From Eledone cirrhosa (lineage: Eukaryota), in assembly GCA_964016885.1 (NCBI GenBank), contig OZ024748.1:31930001-31994000 (forward strand): DNA of 64,000 nt, written 5' to 3'. Below are positions 1 to 11,082 of this stretch, one piece after another; positions within the stretch are counted from its first letter, which is position 1, and every line of letters starts with the position of its first letter. Made by a program: the position numbers and the translations under genes. The notes under the pieces are model-generated. The model saw only the letters and a list, made by a program, of their open reading frames with translations. It did not search any database and was not told where the DNA came from.

Positions 1-330
1 TCTCTTAACCAAGATGATATTTACCAAAAAGAAGAACAAGCCAACATCATTGGATTCCATCAGTGTTACAGGTGTTATATCAGAGTTTTCCTTCTCCTAG
101 AATTCTGCCTTGACAAAGGCTAAGGGGTCATCTCTCCCGGTGAATTTGGATGGCCATTGACTCTTAAGAGCTCCTTTGACAGGTTTTGTTTTTAGTCCTG
201 CAGGATGTCCAAAGTCACCCCCCTCACCAAGAAACCTCGGTGGGGTTGCCAGTTTAGTCGCCAACGACCCGACCAAGAGACAGGTTGTACTGGGATACAT
301 GTTACCAGTAGCACCAACTGGTGACCTGAC
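1..330 (-). mobile_element. RTE-derived non-autonomous (SINE-like) element, copy cut by window edge
   Basis: Matches the ~610-bp unit repeated at 818, 1848, 7846 etc.; ends in (TA/CATA)n. Confidence 0.75.
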
Positions 331-443
331 ATACATATATATATATATACATACATATATACATACATATATACATACATATATATATACATACACATAT
401 ACATACATATATATATATATCTACATACATATATATATACACA

Positions 444-475
<32 letters not shown>

Positions 476-514
476 CATACACATACATATACATACATAC
501 ATATATATATATAC

Positions 515-545
<31 letters not shown>

Positions 546-730
546 CATATATATATATACATATATATATACATATATATACATATATATATACATATAT
601 ATACATATATATATATATACATATATATATATACATATATATATATACATATATACATACATATATATACATATACACATATACATACATATATACACAT
701 ACATATATACATATACATACATATATATAT

Positions 731-807
<77 letters not shown>

Positions 808-817
808 CATATATATA

Positions 818-1424
818 GTGGCTGCCAACTCGTTTTCGAGTACGGCCACTACTGTATATCCATGTAGGAGAATTCCTACGGATGCGCTGAACGAGTGTGA
901 CTTTTTAGTCCAGCCAGCGACTTGAAAACTCTGGTACAAACACTACACTTGTGACAATTATTGCTACATAGTGCTGGGCCCATGGTACCATGTGATAACA
1001 AGTGCAGAGAGATCTCCAGATATAAAGTAATACCTGTGCCGTGAAGCTTTTATAGTGAGCAAAGGCACTGCACAAAGCAAGTCCCACTGTCTTTAACAAG
1101 ATGATATTTACCAAAAAGAAGAAAAAGTCAACATCATTGGATACCATCAGAGCTGCAGGTGTTATATCAGAGTTTTCCTTCTCCTAGAATTCTGCCTTGA
1201 CAAAGGCTAAGGGGTCATCTCTCCCGGTGAATTTGGATGGCCATTGACTCTTAAGAGCTCCTTTTCCCCTTGACAGGTTTTGTTTTTAGTCCTGCAGGAT
1301 GTCCAAAGTCACCCTCCTCACCAAGAAACCTTGGTGGGGTTGCCAGTTTAGTCGCCAACAACCCGACCATGAGACAGGTTGTACTTGGATACATGTTACC
1401 AGTAGCACCAACTGGTGACCTGAC
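818..1424 (-). mobile_element. RTE-derived non-autonomous element (~610 bp), full copy
   Basis: Minus strand 3' part encodes a C2H2 remnant ([20 protein letters not shown]...HR*) and ends in ...ctcgaaaacgagttggcagccac, like RTE 3' ends; flanked by TA microsatellites. Confidence 0.75.
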
Positions 1425-1847
1425 ACACATACATATATATATACATACATATATATATATATACAAACATACATATACATACATATATATATATACATAC
1501 ATATACACATATACAGACATATATATATATACATACATATATACATATACATACATATATATATACATACATACATATATATATACATACATATATATAT
1601 ACATACATACATATATATATACATACATACGCACATATACAGACATATATATATATACATACATATATACATATACATACATATATATATACACATACAT
1701 ACATATATATATATATACATACGCACATATACATACATATACATACATATACACAGATACATACATATATACATACATATATATATATACATACATATAT
1801 ACATACATATATACATATACATACATATACATATATACATACATATA

Positions 1848-2443
1848 TGGTGGCTGCCAACTCGTCTTCGAGTACGGCCACTACTTCATATCCATGTAGG
1901 AGAACCCCTACCGATGCGCTGAACAAGTGTGACTTTTTAGTCCAGCCAGCGACTTGAAAACTCTGGTACAAACACTACACTTGTGACAATTATGGACACA
2001 TAGTGCTGGGCCCATGGTACCATGTGATGACAAGTGCACAGAGATTTCCAGATACAAAGCAATGCCTGTGCCGTGAAGCTTTTATAGTGAGGAAAGGCAC
2101 TCCACAAAGCCAGTCCCACTATTTTAACCAAGATGATATTTACCAAAAAGAAGAAAAAGTCAACATCATTGGATACCATCAGGGCTGCAGGTGTTATATC
2201 AGAGTTTTCCTTCTCGTAGAATTCTGCCTTGACAAAGGCTAAGGGGTCATCTCTCCCGGTGATTTTGGATGGCCATTGACTCTTAAGAGTTCCTTTGCCT
2301 TTTGACAGGTTTTGTTTTTAGTCCTGCAGGATGTCCAAAGTCACCCTCCTCACCAAGCAACCTTGGTGGGGTTGCCAGTTTTGTCACATGAGACATGTTG
2401 TACTGGGATACATGTTACCAATAGCACCACCTGGTGACCTGAC
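1848..2443 (-). mobile_element. RTE-derived non-autonomous element, full copy (small internal deletion)
   Basis: Near-identical to 818-1424. Confidence 0.75.
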
Positions 2444-2549
2444 ATACATATATATATATATACATACATAGATACATACATATACATATACATACATATA
2501 TACATACATATATATATACATACACATACATATATATGTATATACATAC

Positions 2550-2582
<33 letters not shown>

Positions 2583-2713
2583 CATATATATACATACATA
2601 TACATACATATATATACATACATATACATACATATATATATATACATACATATATATATACATACATATATATACATATATATATACATATATATATACA
2701 TACATATATATAC

Positions 2714-2744
<31 letters not shown>

Positions 2745-2916
2745 CATATATATACATTGATATTTATACATACATACATATACATAAATATATATACATG
2801 CATATACATACATATATATATATACATATATATATACATATATATATATACACACATATATATACATATATATACATATATATACATATATATATATATA
2901 CATATATATATATACA

Positions 2917-3143
2917 TATTTTCTTTTCGGATCGATCGACTTTCGTCAAATCGGACCGAGGAAACAATGTTTTCGTCGGTCTTTCCAGTTGCTAATACTA
3001 TCTATCGGTCGCAACTCCAGGTAGAAGGAGCAACGTGAAATAAAGTGTCTTGCTCAAGGACATAACGCATCGCCCGGTCCAGGAATCGAACTCACAATCT
3101 CAAGATTGTGAATCCAATTCTCTAACCATTCAGCCACACGCCT
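2917..3143 (-). mobile_element. tRNA-derived SINE
   Basis: Minus strand begins aggcgtgTGGCTGAATGGttaga (A box) ... gaGTTCGATTCCtgg (B box), followed by tgtccttgagcaagacacttta, a common SINE body motif. Confidence 0.8.
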
Positions 3144-3150
3144 ATATATA

Positions 3151-3957
3151 CAAATATATATTACACAAAGAGAAGTGTGTTAAACAGTGAGATGTGTGTA
3201 AAGAATTACTACAAGTGATTTTACCGTTACTGTATAGAGAACAATATCTACAGGTTAGCAATTAAATAGAAAAAAACTAATTCAGAAGCAAATCTCTGGA
3301 TTAGAGTTTTAAATTACGAACCTTATAACTCTATTTTGCTGATATGAATCTCGATTCGTTTCACCAATTATATGTGAAGTATATCAGGTCACAGGATCCT
3401 CAGTCAGCAAATGCGAACACTGAACACCACATATCTAACCTCATGGCTAGAGAGATAGCTAATAGACACACTGCCCAGAGTAGGGCGAAATCACGTGTTA
3501 TTTGCATCAAATAACGGCTCTCATGGATTGGGGAAGACGGTAGAAATGGCAGCCCAACCATTCGAATTTATTAGCTCAACAATTTGGAGCTCATTAAGTA
3601 TACAAAGATCGGAATTAAAAGTATTCCGCTGTTCACTGTAATAATATTAATAATAGTATTAGCTCAAAGAAGAATAGATAATTTCTTTTTGAGCTCAAAT
3701 GCAAATATATATTACACAAAGAGAAGTGTGTTACACAGTGAGATGTGTGTAAAGAATTATTACAAGTGAGTTTACCGTTACTGTATAGAGAACAATAATA
3801 ATTATTTACAGACATTTCACTGTGTAACACACTTCTCTTTGTGTAATATATATTTGCATTTGAGCTCAGAAGGAAATGCTCTATTCTTCTTTGAGCTAAT
3901 ACTATTATTATTATTACAGTGAACTGCGGAATACCCTTAATTCCGATCTTTGTATAC
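3151..3957. mobile_element. Non-coding PLE-like small element, family a (551-bp unit + inverted arm)
   Basis: ~95-bp direct repeat 3151-3245 / 3702-3796; 3800-3957 is the reverse complement of ~3598-3759; TA-flanked. Confidence 0.6.
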
Positions 3958-3982
3958 ATATATATATATATACATATATATA

Positions 3983-4671
3983 TTTCAATTTAGTAGTCAA
4001 ATACAATTCTTAAGCTCTAAGAAAATATTTCTGAGCATTACAGTACAATTTAAAAAAATATGATCAACACTAATGTGTTTTTGCAAAATGGCAATAATTT
4101 TTTAGCCAGATAGAAATACCTTGTATTTGACTACTAAATTGAAATAAATCTGCTCCTTCGGTAGAGCTGAATTCATAATCCCATATTTACGGCTGTTATT
4201 TCTAGCGCCATGGATATGAGCCAGAATGCTGAGAAGGTCGTGTGCAAAAGCACATGTATTAGGCTTGCGATAGATCAGTCTTAAGATTATTATCTAAGGA
4301 GAAATAACTATAATTTCTGGGTGCCTATTGAAAATCACAGAAAATTGATTACTTCAGTAATAATTATTTTATAAATAGTTGTGCCGTAATTAATTAATTA
4401 TTTCATTAGTTTACCATCCCTTGTGAAACAGGTTTATGTTTTGAAGTTCCGAACGATCTGCTGAAGAGGTTTGAATTTTGAAATTTAAACTTGTATAGGC
4501 ACCAGGCAGTTGCCATTTTACGTCTGTAAGTATAGATTTAATATTTAATATTTTCTAGATCGATACAGGCGGACTATATGTACTTGAATTAAGGTATTTC
4601 TATCTGACTAAAAAATTATTGTCATTTTGCAAAAACACATTAGTGTTGATAATATTTTTTTAAATTGTACT

Positions 4672-4672
<1 letters not shown>
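3983..4672. mobile_element. Non-coding small element, family b, with inverted arms
   Basis: ~4042-4122 inverted versus ~4591-4672; 3983-4006 inverted versus 4122-4145; diverged homologue of 52640-53358. Confidence 0.6.
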
Positions 4673-4707
<35 letters not shown>

Positions 4708-4751
4708 AAGTTAAATAAAAGTCAAATGATTAAAATTTAGCTTCGTTTATT

Positions 4752-4806
4752 ACTGCTATATATATTTCAGTGACAGCCATCTTTGGCTGTGACCTCTTCA
4801 GGCAGT
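4752..4806 (-). ncRNA. Type I hammerhead ribozyme (PLE pLTR)
   Basis: actgc-CTGAAGA-ggtcacagcc aaagat ggctgtcact-GAAA-tatata-TA-gcagt; stems I and II pair; palindromic stem III. Confidence 0.85.
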
Positions 4807-5992
4807 TTGAATTAGTATGGTATAGACAAGTACATATGTTGTTTAGGTGTATGATATTGTCAATACTCTGATATGCCCAGTTCCTTGCTGGGTTGTTAAT
4901 TCACTGGGGAACTGGAGTCATATGAATTCAAACAAACGAATTTTCGTGTCACAGGTCCCCTTCTCCTCTCATTGGTCAGTTATTAGTGTTGTCATTGTTG
5001 GAGTTAGCTTAAAAATTGATAAAATGGTAGAAGGGACAAGGTGTTGAAGGAACAAAATATCAAAAAATGTGTCAAACTTCCCATTGTTCAGTTCTGAGAG
5101 CATTCCTCAGTCAGAAGTCTATAGAATTCTTTCTGGGGTGAGGCTCCCTGTAGTGTTTATGCCTGCTATTGTTCAGTACATTTGACCTCCACCATTATTT
5201 TGGTACTGTTGTTGTTGTAGTGGTCAGCTTATACCTTGCTGCTGCTAACAATTTAGAAGTATTCAGTTTGTGTTTTCTCTTCATCCCACCCGCCACCATC
5301 GTAGTGGTGGTGGCGGGGGGGGGGGGTTCTTTCATGTATATGAAGAAATATAAGGCAATAAATGAAGAAAACAGAAGATAAATAAATAATATAATAAAAT
5401 AAAATAATTAATATAATTTGTGTAATTTGAAAATAAATAAATAAATAGAGAATAAAGAATAAAGAGTAAATGAGAGATTGGTGAAAAAGTAATGATAATG
5501 TATATGGAGAAGTGAGAAATAATGTAGGATAAAGTGTGTGTGTGTGTGTGCTATAACCAATCTCAAGGTCAGAATATGTTGGATAGATTGGTATGATACA
5601 AGATGTTAAGATGAGATATTCAATGTGTTTGTGTTATAATCTATCTCAACTTAAAATAAATATAAGGTTATACAGTGAAGAGGGCAGAAAACAAATAACA
5701 AATTAATAAAGAGAAATCAAGATTTAAGATTGGAACTTTAAAGTCAGAAATCTGGTAAATTAAAAGTGTTTGTGTTATAGATGTTGGCCAGATTATTATG
5801 GCTGTGTCCGATTCTATCTCTAGGCTATCATGGTGTCTGCTCCGCCTGGGTTGTTCCCTATGGCTTGAGGGGAGTTCACAACCTAGGGTGTTGTAATTGT
5901 CCATATAGCTTGAGGGAGGTCTGGCCGAGGGGTTTTTTCATGTTCTGTAGAAGTCCCTATAGCTTGAGGGGAGTTCACATCTTCTTGTGTTG

Positions 5993-6384
5993 CTACTGTC
6001 CATATATTTTGAGAAAGGTCCCGGCTCTAAGGTGTCTGCATGTCCCGAAGAAGTCGGTTCTGAGGTTTATCAGGCCGCTTCCACCTCTTAGTATCTCGAG
6101 GGTCTCGTTCAGGCATAGTTTGCATATGCAAGATTCCCCCTTTATCGGGTGGTACTTTCCTGATTATGTACCAGGCCAGAGAGTATGGGGTCCTGTCCAG
6201 CTTAAGCTTCCAGATCAGGTCGGAGAGAGCTGTGCTTTTCCTTTTGGCCTCCTTCTTGAATGAATGGCGATGGTTGTACCAGCGGTCCTTAAAGCTCGTT
6301 GATGTGGCTCCTATGTAGAGGTGTTCGGAGTTGGGGGTTTTAACCCTACAACCGTACACTATGTTCTTCTTGAGACATTCATTA
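5993..6384 (-). pseudogene. PLE GIY-YIG endonuclease fragment (frameshifted, Naiad-like)
   Basis: NIVYGCRVK...LYIGATSTSFKDRWYNH..SF..TALSDLIWKLK; after a frameshift CKLCLNE...GTCRH. Confidence 0.85.
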
Positions 6385-7162
6385 CCAACATATTCTGACC
6401 TTGAGATTGGTTATAGCACACACACACACACACTTTATCCTACATTATTTCTCACTTCTCCATATACATTATCATTACCTTTTCACCAATCTCTCATTTA
6501 CTCTTTATTCTTTATTCTCTATTTATTTATTTATTTTCAAATTACACAAATTATATTAATTATTTTATTTTATTATATTATTTATTTATCTTCTGTTTTC
6601 TTCATTTATTGCCTTATATTTCTTCATATACATGAAAGAACCCCCCCCCCCCCCGCCACCACCACTACGATGGTGGCGGGTGGGATGAAGAGAAAACACA
6701 AACTGAATACTTCTAAATTGTTAGCAGCAGCAAGGTATAAGCTGACCACTACAACAACAACAGTACCAAAATAATGGTGGAGGTCAAATGTACTGAACAA
6801 TAGCAGGCATAAACACTACAGGGAGCCTCACCCCAGAAAGAATTCTATAGACTTCTGACTGAGGAATGCTCTCAGAACTGAACAATGGGAAGTTTGACAC
6901 ATTTTTTGATATTTTGTTCCTTCAACACCTTGTCCCTTCTACCATTTTATCAATTTTTAAGCTAACTCCAACAATGACAACACTAATAACTGACCAATGA
7001 GAGGAGAAGGGGACCTGTGACACGAAAATTCGTTTGTTTGAATTCATATGACTCCAGTTCCCCAGTGAATTAACAACCCAGCAAGGAACTGGGCATATCA
7101 GAGTATTGACAATATCATACACCTAAACAACATATGTACTTGTCTATACCATACTAATTCAA

Positions 7163-7217
7163 ACTGCCTGAAGAGGTCACAGCCAAAGATGGCTGTCACT
7201 GAAATATATATAGCAGT
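7163..7217 (+). ncRNA. Type I hammerhead ribozyme (inverted pLTR arm)
   Basis: Same as 4752-4806; AATAAA follows at 7218. Confidence 0.85.
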
Positions 7218-7358
7218 AATAAACGAAGCTAAATTTTAATCATTTGACTTTTATTTAACTTTATTTTACACTACTCCGGAGTAACCAAACCAACCTGCGC
7301 ACTTCGTCGAGTGCTCCAGCCTGCATACTGAGGGGTTGGTATACAACCAACATAAACT

Positions 7359-7455
<97 letters not shown>

Positions 7456-7499
7456 CATACATATATATACATACATACATATATATATACATACATACA

Positions 7500-7540
<41 letters not shown>

Positions 7541-7748
7541 ATATACATATATATATAAACTTACATATATATATACATACATATATATATATACATACAT
7601 ATATATATATACAAACATATATACATATATATATATACATACATACATATACAAACATAGATACATATACATACATACATATATATATATATATACATAC
7701 ATATATACATACATATATATACATACATACATATATACATATACATAC

Positions 7749-7785
<37 letters not shown>

Positions 7786-7845
7786 CATATATATATATAC
7801 ATACATATATACAGATACATACATATACATATATACATACATATA

Positions 7846-9318
7846 TGGTGGCTGCCAACTCGTTTTCGAGTACGGCCACTACTTTATATCCATGTAGGAG
7901 AGCCCCTACCGATGCGCTGAACAAGTGTGACATTTTAGTCCAGCCAGCGACTTGAAAACTCTGGTACAAACACTACACTTGTGACAATTATGGACACATA
8001 GTGCTGGGCCCATGGTACCATATGGTGACAAGTGCAGAGAGATCTCCAGATACAAAGCAATGCCTGTGCCGTGAAGCTCTTATAGTGAGCAAAGGCACTG
8101 CACAAAGCCAGTCCCACTCTCTTAATCAAGATGATATTTACCAAAAAGAAGAACAAGTCAACATCATTGGATACCATCAGTGTTGCAGGTGTTATATCAG
8201 AGTTTTCCTTCTCCTAGAATTCTGCCTTGACAAAGGCTAAGGGGTCATCTCTCCCGGTGATTTTGGATGGCCATTGACTCTTAAGAGCTCCTTTGCCCTT
8301 TGACAGGTTTTGTTTTTAGTCCTGCAGGATGTCCAAAGTCACCCTCCTCATCAAGATACCTTGTTGGGGTTGCCAGTTTAGTCGCCAAAGACCCAACCAA
8401 GAGACAGGTTGTACTGGGATACATGTTACCAGTAGCACCAACTGGTGACCTGACATACATATATATATATATGGTGGTGGCTGCCAACTCGTTTTCGAGT
8501 ACGGCCACTACTTTATATCCATGTAGGAGAACCCCTACGGATGCGCTGAACGAGTGTGACTTTTTAGTCCAGCCAGCGATTTAAAAACTCTGGTACAAAC
8601 ACTACACTTGTGACAAATATTGATACATAGTGCTGGGCCCATGGTACCATGTGATGACAAGTGCAGAGAGATCTCCAGATATAAAGCAATTCCTGTGTCG
8701 TGAAGCTTTTATAGTGAGCAAAGGCACTGCACAAAGCCAGTCCAACTCTCTTAACCAAGATGATATGTACCAAAAAGAAGAACAAGTCAACATCATTGGA
8801 TACCATCAGGGCTGCAGGTGGTCATATAAGAGTTTTCCTTCTCCTAGAATTCTGCCTTGACAAAGGGTAAGGGGTCATCTCTCCCGGTGAATTTGGATGG
8901 CCATTGACTCTTAAGAGCTCCTTTGCCCTTTGACAGGTTTTGTTTTTAGTCCTGCAGGATGTCCAAAGTCACCCTCCTCACCAAGAAACCTTGGTGGGGT
9001 AGCCAGTTTAGTCGCCAACGACCCGACCATGAGACAGGTTGTACTGGGATACATGTTACCAGTAGCACCAACTGGTGACCTGACATATATATATACATAC
9101 ATATATACATACATATACATATAGATACATATATACATACATATATATATACATACACATATACATACATATATATATATATCTACATACATATATATAT
9201 ATATATATATATACATACACATACATATACATACATACATATATATATATACATATGTATATATATATATACATATATATATATACATACATATACATAT
9301 ATATACATATATATATAC

Positions 9319-9351
<33 letters not shown>

Positions 9352-9811
9352 CATATACATATATATATACACAGACATATATACATATACATACATATAT
9401 ATATATAATACATATATATATACATACATATATATATATATATACATATATATGGTGGCTGCCAACTCGTTTTCGAATACGGCCACCACTTTATATCCAT
9501 GTAGGAGAACTCCTACCGATGCACTGAACGAGTGTGACTTTTTAGTCCAGCCAGCGACTTGAAAACTCTGGTACAAACACTACACTTGTGACAATTATTG
9601 ATACATAGTGCAGATACATAATTTGGATGGCCATTGACTCTTAAGAGCTCCTTTTCCCTTTGACAGAATTTGTTTTTAGTCCTGCAGGATGTCCAAAGTC
9701 ACCCTCCTCACCAAGAAACCATGATGGGGTTGCCAGTTTAGTCGCCAACGACCCGACCATGAGACAGGTTGTACTTGGATACATGTTACCAGTAGCACCA
9801 ACTGGTGACCT
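7846..9811 (-). mobile_element. Three head-to-tail RTE-derived non-autonomous copies (7846-8454, 8472-9084, 9453-9811 internally deleted)
   Basis: Same unit as 818-1424, separated by TA tracts. Confidence 0.75.
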
Positions 9812-10075
9812 ACACATACATACATATATATATGCATACATATATATATACATACATACATATATACATATACAACATATATATATATATATGTATATAT
9901 ATGTATATGTATATATGTATATGTGTATATATGTATAAATGTATATGTATATGTATATATATGTATATATATGTATATATGTATATATGTATATGTATAT
10001 ATATATGTAAATGTGTATGTATGTATATATATATGTATATGTATATATATGTATATGTATATATATATGTATGTA

Positions 10076-11035
10076 TAACACCTGCAACCCTGATGGTATC
10101 CAATGATGTTGACTTGTTCTACTTTTTGGTAAATATCATCTTGGTTAAGAGAGTGGGACTGGCTCTGTGCAATGCCTTTGCTCACTATAAAAGCTTCATG
10201 GCACAGGCATTACTTTATATCTGGAGATCTCTCTGCACTTGTCACATGGTACCATGGGCCCAGCACTATGTGTCAATAATTGTCACAAGTGTAGTGTTTG
10301 TACCAGAGTTATCAAGTCGCTGGCTGGACTCAAAAGTCACACTCGTTCAGCGCATCGGTAGGGGTTCTCCTACATGGATATAAAGTAGTGGCCGTACTCG
10401 AAAACGAGTTGGCAGCCACCATGTATATATATATATGTCAGGTCACCAGTTGGTGCTACTGGTAACATGTATCCCAGTACAACCTGTCTCATGGTCGGGT
10501 CGTTGGCGACTAAACTGGCAACCCCACCAAGGTTTCTTGGTGAGGAGGGTGACTTTGGACATCCTGCAGGACTAAAAACAAAACCTGTCAAAGGGCAAAG
10601 GAGCTCTTAAGAGTCAATGGCCATCCAAAATCACCGGGAGAGATGACCCCTTAGCCTTTGTCAAGGCAGAATTCTAGGAGAAGGAAAACTCTGATATAAC
10701 ACCTGCAACCCTGATGGTATGTTGACTTGTTCTTCTTTTTGTTAAATATCATCTTGGTTAAGAGAGTGGGACTGGCTTTGTGCAGTGCCTTTGCTCACTA
10801 TAAAAGCTTCACGGCACAGGCATTGCTTAATATCTGGAGATCTCTGCACTTGTCGTCACAGGGTACCATGGGCCCAGCACTATGTGTCAATAATTGTCAC
10901 AAGTGTAGTGTTTGTACCAGAGTTTTCAAGTCGCTGGCTGGAATAAAAAGTCACACTCGTTCAGCGCATCGGTAGTGCTTCTCCTACATGGATATAAAGT
11001 AGTGGCCGTACTCGAAAACGAGTTGGCAGCCACCA
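10076..11035 (+). mobile_element. Two inverted-orientation RTE-derived copies (10076-10421 5'-truncated; 10437-11035)
   Basis: Reverse complement of the same unit; C2H2 remnant visible in ORF 10727-10975. Confidence 0.75.
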
Positions 11036-11082
11036 TATGTATGTATATGTATATATGTATATATATGTATATTTATGTATAT

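Larger units (their letters stand above)
4701..7343 (-). mobile_element. 5'-truncated Penelope-like element with inverted pLTR arm
   Basis: GIY-YIG remnant plus 3' region 4701-5583, repeated inverted at 6385-7268 with ~75-nt extra tail; HHR and AATAAA in both arms; both ends abut (TA)n. Confidence 0.85.

Noticed and set aside
3065-3143. Functional tRNA gene
   Set aside because: A/B boxes are present, but the acceptor stem does not pair and the sequence continues into a SINE body.
4457-4495. Hammerhead at CTGAAGA..GAAA in family b
   Set aside because: No stem I or UH site, and not conserved in the 52.7-kb homologue.
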